Assembly: GCA_963843975.1 (NCBI GenBank)
Contig: CAWJMG010000003.1
Coordinates: 1,200,001 to 1,232,000 of the forward strand
Direction of reading: 5' to 3'
Source of the DNA: an uncultured Actinomycetes bacterium
GTDB lineage: Bacteria > Actinomycetota > Actinomycetes > S36-B12 > CAIYMF01
DNA: 32,000 nt
Under the pieces are notes generated by a model. It was given only the letters and a program-made list of their open reading frames with translations, was not told the DNA's origin and did no database searches. The position numbers and the translations under genes are program-made. This document shows positions 26,194-32,000 of this stretch, in pieces (positions within the stretch are counted from its first letter, which is position 1; every line of letters begins with the position of its first letter).

Positions 26194-27334
26194 GTGTGGC
26201 GGTTCGCCGCCGTCGGCGGCCTGCTCGTGGTGGTGACAGGGCTGCTCGCGCCCGGGGCCGCCGGTGACGTGCTGCTGCGGCTCGCGCCGATCCTCGTGTT
26301 CCTCGTCGCCGTGACGGTGCTGGCGGAGCTGGCTGACGCGTCGGGCCTGTTCGACGTCGCGGCGCGCGAGTGCGCGCGGTGGGCACGCGGCTCCGTGCTG
26401 CTGCTGTGGCTGCTCGTCGTGGTGCTCGCGACGCTCGCGACGGTCGTGCTGTCGCTCGACACGACCGCGGTGCTGCTGACGCCCGTCGTGCTCGCGCTCG
26501 CGGCGCGGCTCGACCTGCCCGCGCTCCCCTTTGCGATGACGACCGTGTGGCTCGCGAACACCGCGAGCCTGCTGCTGCCGGTGTCGAACCTGACGAACCT
26601 GCTCGCCCAGGACTCCTTGCGGCTCACGGCCGTGGAGTTCGCGTCGGTGTCGTGGTTCGCCGCGCTCGCCGCCGTGGTGCTGACCGTCGTGGTGCTCGGC
26701 GTGCGCTACCGGACCTCGCTGCGCGGCCGCTACGCGATGCCGGACGCTCCCGGAGTCGAGGACCGCGTGCTGTTCTGGCTCTCGGCCGGTGCTTGCGCGC
26801 TGCTGGGCCCGCTCGCGGTGGCTGGGGTGCCCGTGGCGTGGGCGGCATCGGCGCTGGCGCTCGTGCTGGTCGTGGCCTTCGCCGTACGCCGTCGCGAGGT
26901 GCTCCGGTTCGCGCTGGTGCCGTGGCAGCTCGTGGTGCTCGTGACCGGGCTCTTCCTGGTCGTCGGAGCCGGTCACGCGCACGGCCTCGACCAGGCGCTC
27001 GTGCGGCTGACCGGCTCCGGCGACGACGTCGGCTCGCTGCTGCAGCTGCTCGGGTGTCGCGGCCGTGGGGTCGAACGTGGTCAACAACCTTCCGGCGTAC
27101 GCAGCCCTCGAGCCGACGGCCGGCTCGACCCTGCGGACCTTCGCGCTGCTCGTCGGCGTCAACTGCGGACCGCTCGTGCTCCTGTGGGGGTCCCTCGCCA
27201 CGCTCCTCTGGCGCGAGCGCTGCCGCGCCCGCGGACTCGAGGTGGGCTGGCGCGAGTTCGGTGCGCTCGGCCTCGTCGGCGTGCCGGTCGTGGTGGTCGG
27301 CGCGGTCGTCGCCCTCGCCGTCACCGGCGCGTAG
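26194..27334 (+). pseudogene. ArsB/NhaD-superfamily (SLC13-like) permease, interrupted by a net +1 nt frameshift near 27050-27057
   Basis: Frame 1 reads MWRFAAVGGLLVV...TAVLLTPVVL...SNLTNLL...GSLLQLLG and then junk. Frame 2 continues (S)GVAAVGSNVVNNLPAYAALEP...VVALAVTGA to the stop at 27334 (this is ORF 27065..27334). The span of 1141 nt is 3n+1. Confidence 0.75.
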
Positions 27335-27386
27335 CCGCAGTCCGAAATCGCTCGCCGCTCGCGCTCGTCCTTGGCAGGGTGGCTGC

Positions 27387-28124
27387 ATGGTCAGCAGCGA
27401 CGTGTGGGACGACGACACCGCCTCGGTCTACGACGACGACGCGGTCGACATGTTCCGGCCCGAGGTCGTGGACCCGGCCGTGGACCTCCTCGCGGAGCTG
27501 GCGGGTGACGGCCGCGCGCTCGAGCTGGCGATCGGCACCGGCCGGATCGGGATCCCGCTGCTGCGACGTGGCGTGCGAGTGTCGGGCATCGAGCTGTCCA
27601 CCGCGATGGTCGAGCGCCTGCGCGCGAAGGTCGGCGAGGACGAGCTCTCCGTGGTCGTCGGCGACATGGCGGGCACCCGCGTGAGCGGCGAGTTCAGCCT
27701 TGTCTACCTGGTCTTCAACACGATCACGAACCTGCGGACGCAGGCCGAGCAGGTGGCCTGCTTGCGCAACGCCGCCGCGCATCTGGTGCCGGGCGGCTGC
27801 TTCGTCGTCGAGGTGTACGTGCCGCCGCTGCGACGGCTGCCCCCCGGACAGGTCGCGGTGCCGTTCGACGTCTCCGAGGCGCACACCGGCTTCGACACGT
27901 TCGACCTCGTGACGCAGGAGAGCCAGTCGCACCACTACACGCGCATGGCCGACGGCTCGACCCGCTACGGCGTCGGGAGCTTCCGCTACGTCTGGCCCGC
28001 GGAGCTCGACCTCATGGCCCAGCTCGCCGGGATGGAGCTCGAGCGGCGTACCGAGGACTGGCAGGGCACGCCGTTCACGTCCGACAGCGAGACCCACGTG
28101 TCCGTCTGGCGCACGCCGCGCTAG
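27387..28124 (+). CDS. Class I SAM-dependent methyltransferase
   Basis: The ATG at 27387 lies inside ORF 26370..28124. Motif I is ALELAIGTGRIGIPLL, followed by GIELS and VVGDM, then HLVPGGCFVVE. Confidence 0.8.
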   Translation: MVSSDVWDDDTASVYDDDAVDMFRPEVVDPAVDLLAELAGDGRALELAIGTGRIGIPLLRRGVRVSGIELSTAMVERLRAKVGEDELSVVVGDMAGTRVSGEFSLVYLVFNTITNLRTQAEQVACLRNAAAHLVPGGCFVVEVYVPPLRRLPPGQVAVPFDVSEAHTGFDTFDLVTQESQSHHYTRMADGSTRYGVGSFRYVWPAELDLMAQLAGMELERRTEDWQGTPFTSDSETHVSVWRTPR

Positions 28125-28260
28125 GGCCCATCGCACGCGTCGCCGGCTCCCGCCACCGGTTCGACGGCGCGCTCGGCAATGCGCTGGCCCCACGTCTGTG
28201 GTCGCTGGCAGGGTGAGCGTGCCGGGGATCCTCGGTCGAGCGCGAGCGAGGAGGACGCCG

Positions 28261-29229
28261 GTGCCGGTGATCGAGGTCGAGGGGCTGGGGCGCACGTACT
28301 CCGCGCGGACGGGGATCCGCCGGTCGTCCCGCCAGCCCGTCGAGGCGGTCAAGGGCATCTCGTTCGAGGTCGAGCGCGGCGAGCTGTTCGGCCTCCTCGG
28401 ACCCAACGGCGCCGGCAAGACCACCACGATCAAGATGCTCATCACGCTGCTGCTGCCCACCACCGGAAGCGCGCGGGTGCTGGGGCACGACGTCGTGGCC
28501 GAGCCGCGCGAGGTACGCCGGCGCATCGGCTACGTGTTCGGAGGCGACCGCGGCCTGTACGAGCGACTGTCGGGCTTCGACAACCTCCGATACTTCGCCG
28601 AGCTGTACGGCGTACCCCCGCGCGAGCAGAAGGCGCGCATCGGCGAGCTGCTCGAGCTCGTCGGGCTCACGGGCCGCGAGCAGGAGCGGGTCGAGGGCTA
28701 CTCGCGCGGGATGCGGCAGCGGCTGCACATCGCACGCGGCCTGCTGCACAAGCCGGAGGCCGTCTTCCTCGACGAGCCCAGCATCGGGATCGACCCCGTC
28801 GGTGCGCGCGAGCTGCGCCAGACCGTGGCCAACCTGACGGCGCAGGGCGTCACCGTGCTGCTCACCACCCACTACATGTTCGAGGCCGACGAGCTGTGCG
28901 ACCGCATCGCGGTGATCGCGGGCGGTCGGATCGTGGCCGAGGGGACGCCGGCGGACCTGAAGGACCGCGTCTCGGACGGTCACGTGGTCGAGGTCGAGGT
29001 CTTCGACGCGGTCGACGACCGGCTCGACGCCGTGCGCGCGATCGACGGGGTGACGGGGGTGTCGGTCGAGGACGGCGACCGCGCCCAGATGCTCGTCGTC
29101 CGCACCGAGGCGGCCAGCACCGCCACCCCAGCGGTGCTCGCTCTCCTCGACGGTCTGTCACTCGGCCGCGTGTCGACCCGCGAGCCCACTCTCGAGGACG
29201 CCTACGTCGAGCTGGTCCGTGAGGCATGA
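28261..29229 (+). CDS. ABC transporter ATP-binding protein (DrrA/ABC-2 subfamily)
   Basis: The GTG at 28261 lies 5 nt after gaggagga. It has Walker A GPNGAGKTT, the signature YSRGMRQRL and Walker B VFLDEP. The track ORF start at 28198 is less likely. Confidence 0.9.
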   Translation: MPVIEVEGLGRTYSARTGIRRSSRQPVEAVKGISFEVERGELFGLLGPNGAGKTTTIKMLITLLLPTTGSARVLGHDVVAEPREVRRRIGYVFGGDRGLYERLSGFDNLRYFAELYGVPPREQKARIGELLELVGLTGREQERVEGYSRGMRQRLHIARGLLHKPEAVFLDEPSIGIDPVGARELRQTVANLTAQGVTVLLTTHYMFEADELCDRIAVIAGGRIVAEGTPADLKDRVSDGHVVEVEVFDAVDDRLDAVRAIDGVTGVSVEDGDRAQMLVVRTEAASTATPAVLALLDGLSLGRVSTREPTLEDAYVELVREA

Positions 29230-29996
29230 GGATGATCCGGCTCGTCGCCGTGACCTGGTGGCTGCAGCTCAAGATGCGCAGCCGGTCGTCCTTCGACGGC
29301 TTCCTGTCGATCGTCTACCCGCTGTTCTTCGCCACCACCGTGTTCCTCATGTACCGCCAGAACGGCGATCCGCAGGCACTCGTGGCCGCCGCGGTCGGAG
29401 CCGCGTGCATGGGCGTGTGGTCGGCGGTGAGCACGACGGCTGCGATCACGCTGCAGGCCGAGCGCCGTCAGGGCACGCTCGAGCTGCTGGTCGCCTCGCC
29501 GACCGCGTTCTGGCTCACCGTCGTACCGGCGACGATCTCGATGGCGACCATCGGCCTGTGGAGCCTCGTCGCGACGCTGGTGTGGGGCCGTGTCGCCTTC
29601 GGCATCCCCGTCTCGTTCGACCAGCCGCTGGTGTTCGTCCTCGCCGCGCTGGTTCTGGCGTTCTCCCTCGGCCTCGTCGGGTTCCTGCAGGCGGTCACGG
29701 CGATCCGCTACCGATCGGCCTGGGCGCTCGGCTCGGTGTTCGAGTTCCCGATCTGGCTCATCTGCGGCTTCCTCGTGCCGCTGTCCCTGCTCCCCTCGTG
29801 GGTCGCGCCGATCTCCTGGCTGCTGCCGCCCACCTGGGGCGTCGCGGCCGTCCGCGACGCCGCTCTGGGCGGGAACCCGTGGCCTGACATGGCGCTCTGC
29901 CTGCTCACCGGTGCGGTGTATGCCGTGATCGGCGTCGTGCTCGCCCGACGCCTCGTCGACTCCGCGCGCGAGCGCGCGACGCTGGCGCTGACGTGA
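29226..29996 (+). CDS. ABC-2 type transporter permease (subunit 1)
   Basis: It overlaps the ATPase stop as ATGA. The 256-aa product has about 6 TMS and carries ERRQGTLELLVASP. Confidence 0.85.
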   Translation: MRMIRLVAVTWWLQLKMRSRSSFDGFLSIVYPLFFATTVFLMYRQNGDPQALVAAAVGAACMGVWSAVSTTAAITLQAERRQGTLELLVASPTAFWLTVVPATISMATIGLWSLVATLVWGRVAFGIPVSFDQPLVFVLAALVLAFSLGLVGFLQAVTAIRYRSAWALGSVFEFPIWLICGFLVPLSLLPSWVAPISWLLPPTWGVAAVRDAALGGNPWPDMALCLLTGAVYAVIGVVLARRLVDSARERATLALT

Positions 29997-30006
29997 GGGG
30001 CGCCCG

Positions 30007-30795
30007 GTGAACGCCTCGCTGCGCATCTTCTTCCTCGGCGGCCTCACCAGCTACCGGGCGCTCTTCACCTGGATCACGCCGTGGGTGCTGATCCCCACGT
30101 TCATCGTCGCGCCGTTGATGGAGCTTCTGTTCTTCGCCTTCGTCGGCAAGGACGCCGGTGTCGGCGACAGCACCTTCTTCCTGATCGGCGCCAGCGTGCT
30201 CGCGGCCGCGATCCCGGCGCTGTTCGCCATGGGCAACACGATCGCCGACGAGCGCCGCACCCAGACGCTCGGCCTTCTGCTCGTGAGCCCCGCGCGACGC
30301 CTTCCTCTGTTCCTCGGGCGCGCGCTCCCGGTGATCCTCAACGGATTCCTCGTCTCGTTGGTCTCGCTCGTGCTCGGCTCGCTGGTCCTGCGAGTCTCGC
30401 TGCCGCCGTCGACCTGGCTGCCACTGCTCACGGTGCTCGCGATCACGTCGTTCTCGTGCACCGGGCTCGGCCTCACGGGTGCTGCCATCGGCCTGCGCGT
30501 CCGTGAGACGGCCACCCTGTCCAACGTGATCCTCGGCCTGCTGATCGTGTTCGGAGGCGCGTACGCCGCCGTCTCGTCGCTTCCCGGGTGGATGCAGCAG
30601 GTCTCGCACGTCCTGCCGCTGTCGCACGGGATGGAGGCCGGCCGGGCGATCGCGTCGGGCGTGCCCTTCACCGACGTGCTCCCGCTGCTGCGCGACGAGG
30701 TCGCGATCGGCCTGGTCTACTCGGTGATCGGCATGGCGCTGCTGTTCTACTTCGAGCGGCAGAGCCGGCGCCACGCGACTCTGGAGCTGGCGTGA
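30007..30795 (+). CDS. ABC-2 type transporter permease (subunit 2)
   Basis: It starts at the GTG at 30007 and is a 262-aa hydrophobic protein. It carries DERRTQTLGLLLVSP, parallel to subunit 1. Confidence 0.85.
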   Translation: MNASLRIFFLGGLTSYRALFTWITPWVLIPTFIVAPLMELLFFAFVGKDAGVGDSTFFLIGASVLAAAIPALFAMGNTIADERRTQTLGLLLVSPARRLPLFLGRALPVILNGFLVSLVSLVLGSLVLRVSLPPSTWLPLLTVLAITSFSCTGLGLTGAAIGLRVRETATLSNVILGLLIVFGGAYAAVSSLPGWMQQVSHVLPLSHGMEAGRAIASGVPFTDVLPLLRDEVAIGLVYSVIGMALLFYFERQSRRHATLELA

Positions 30796-30816
30796 CAACC
30801 GCCGCCTGGCCGCGGC

Positions 30817-31353
30817 TCAGGCGGAGTGGAGCCAACGGTCGAGGCGGCGGCTCAGCCACGGGACGCCCGCCCACACCATGAACGGCACGAGGATCAGCGT
30901 CGTCGCGAGGACGCGCACCGGCAGCGGCCAGCCGCCGACCACCGGGCCGAGGACCAGCTGCACCAGCAGCGACGCTGGATAGATCGCCAGCGCGATCACC
31001 ACCGCGGTCTTCCACCGCGGCACCGGCGAGGAGCTGGTGGACGGCGCGAAGATCGACTCGAAGCCGCTCAGCACCTCGGCCCGTGCCGGTCCCGCGAGCA
31101 GCTCGTCAGCCCTGGCCAGCCACGCCTCGCGCTCGTCGCTGCGCTCCCAGAACTGCACGGCGTCGGCGTTCGCCCACGAGATCGCGACGACGAGGTCGCC
31201 GTCCGCGTCGTGCGTCTCCATCAGCTCGCCGGCGACGTACCCCGGGAATCGCTCCGCCAGATCGATCAGCCCTTCCGCCCACTGGGCCAGCTCGGCCTCG
31301 TGGCCGCGGGCCGGGCGGCGGGAGACGACGACGGTGACGGGCAGCTGGTCCAT
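30817..31353 (-). CDS. Antibiotic-biosynthesis-monooxygenase (ABM) domain protein fused to a C-terminal 2-3 TMS membrane region
   Basis: The N-terminal roughly 100 aa look like an ABM/ferredoxin-like fold (VTVVVSRRPARGHEAELAQW...ISWANADAVQFWERSDE). The C-terminus is WKTAVVIALAIYPASLLVQLVLGP...LILVPFMVWAGVPW. Confidence 0.6.
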   Translation of the reverse strand: MDQLPVTVVVSRRPARGHEAELAQWAEGLIDLAERFPGYVAGELMETHDADGDLVVAISWANADAVQFWERSDEREAWLARADELLAGPARAEVLSGFESIFAPSTSSSPVPRWKTAVVIALAIYPASLLVQLVLGPVVGGWPLPVRVLATTLILVPFMVWAGVPWLSRRLDRWLHSA

Positions 31354-31474
31354 GTCAGGTGCAACCGTCTCCGCACACGATCACTTCCGTGACACCGACC
31401 ACGTCTGGCGCAGGACAGGCGTCGCTGTCGGCGCGAGGCCTAGTGTCGAGACGCAGCGCACGGAGAGGCGATCC

Positions 31475-32000
31475 ATGAGGGGCACGACGACCTACCGCCA
31501 CGACGACGACCTCGCGGTCACGCGCGACGTCCTCGCCGCTGCTCGGCGAGTGCTGGTCCTCACCGGTGCAGGCGTGAGCCGGGCCTCCGGGCTGCCGACG
31601 TACCGCGGCAAGGGCGGCATCTACGAGGACTCCGAGATCGCGGCCCTGCACCACAGCGCCGGGCTTCCCGGGTCGCTGCCCGAGCTGTGGGCCTACTGGG
31701 GCCCGCGTCGGCAGTCCATCCTCGCCGCTGAGCCCAACCCGGCGCACCGCGCGATCTCCGCGTACCAGTCGGACTCCCTGGCCGACGGCCGAGCGGTGAC
31801 GCTCGCGACGCAGAACATCGACGATCTGCACGAGCGCGGCGGCAGCCCGCAGGTCGCGCACCTGCACGGGACCCTGTTCGCCACGCACTGCTACGCACGA
31901 TGCGGGTACTCCGTGCCGCGCGACGTCACGCCGTACGCGGACACCCCCACCTGTCCGCAGTGCGGCAGCTGGCTGCGGCCGTCGGTGGTGCTGTTCGGCG
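31475..32000 (+). CDS. NAD-dependent protein deacylase, Sir2 family (CobB-like), N-terminal 175 aa; the 3' end lies beyond the window
   Basis: This gene is not in the ORF track because no stop falls in the window. I translated it by hand from the ATG at 31475 (ggagagg upstream): VLVLTGAGVSRASGLPTYRG, TQNIDDLHERGG, HLHG and C..C...CPQCGSWLRPSVVLFG. Confidence 0.85.
   Translation, partial: MRGTTTYRHDDDLAVTRDVLAAARRVLVLTGAGVSRASGLPTYRGKGGIYEDSEIAALHHSAGLPGSLPELWAYWGPRRQSILAAEPNPAHRAISAYQSDSLADGRAVTLATQNIDDLHERGGSPQVAHLHGTLFATHCYARCGYSVPRDVTPYADTPTCPQCGSWLRPSVVLFG

Noticed and set aside
26370-27386. The N-terminal extension of ORF 26370..28124
   Set aside because: It is off-frame to the ArsB-like permease. 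The methyltransferase homology starts at the ATG at 27387.
28198-28260. A GTG at 28198 as the start of the ABC ATPase
   Set aside because: The 21-codon extension (MVAGRVSVPGILGRARARRTP) precedes the strong gaggagga RBS that serves the GTG at 28261. ABC ATPases of this family normally begin a few residues before the first beta-strand (IEVEGL).

Overview
This is a very GC-rich window (over 70% by eye, with near-saturated GC3 in real genes). It looks like core chromosome of a high-GC Gram-positive actinobacterium, possibly Micrococcales-like; the taxon is an inference from gene content only. I support about 31 protein genes and one RNA gene. In order they are: a partial YcaQ/AlkZ-like gene; a minus-strand glutamine block (glnA2-type glutamine synthetase, class-I glutamine amidotransferase, glnE, EntS-like MFS) facing nadE; a DHA2 MFS pump plus TetR; panB; a DUF805 membrane protein; a secreted FAD oxidoreductase with SLH-like C-terminal repeats; a conserved hypothetical plus a second EntS-like MFS; a stand-alone histone-H1-like AKKA-repeat protein; a 55-aa protein; map; a ROK kinase-like gene; MarR; a sortase-anchored His/Asp/Asn-rich PTDx-repeat surface protein; a zinc-ribbon miniprotein; a Sec-type RTX calcium-binding protein; RNase P RNA (rnpB) 10 nt downstream of an RNB exoribonuclease gene; yaaA; an ArsB/NhaD-like permease; a SAM methyltransferase; a DrrA-type ABC ATPase with two ABC-2 permeases; an ABM-membrane fusion; and a partial Sir2 deacylase. 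I saw no CRISPR array, transposase, integrase, phage gene or recognisable defence system, so this is mostly an ordinary housekeeping region. The points most worth a second look are these. (1) Four conserved genes (glnE, DUF805, a hypothetical, the ArsB-like permease) are each broken by a net +1 nt, meaning assembly indels or real pseudogenes. (2) The surface-protein locus has tandem LPSTG/LAHTG sorting motifs and about 450 bp of unexplained non-coding DNA carrying a 9-mer three times. (3) A perfect 20-bp inverted repeat sits in the divergent RNB/yaaA promoter region. (4) The H1-like gene contains perfect 60-nt tandem repeats. (5) The RNB gene and rnpB are juxtaposed. Many very long ORFs in the supplied track are GC-driven antisense or off-frame artefacts and were rejected.
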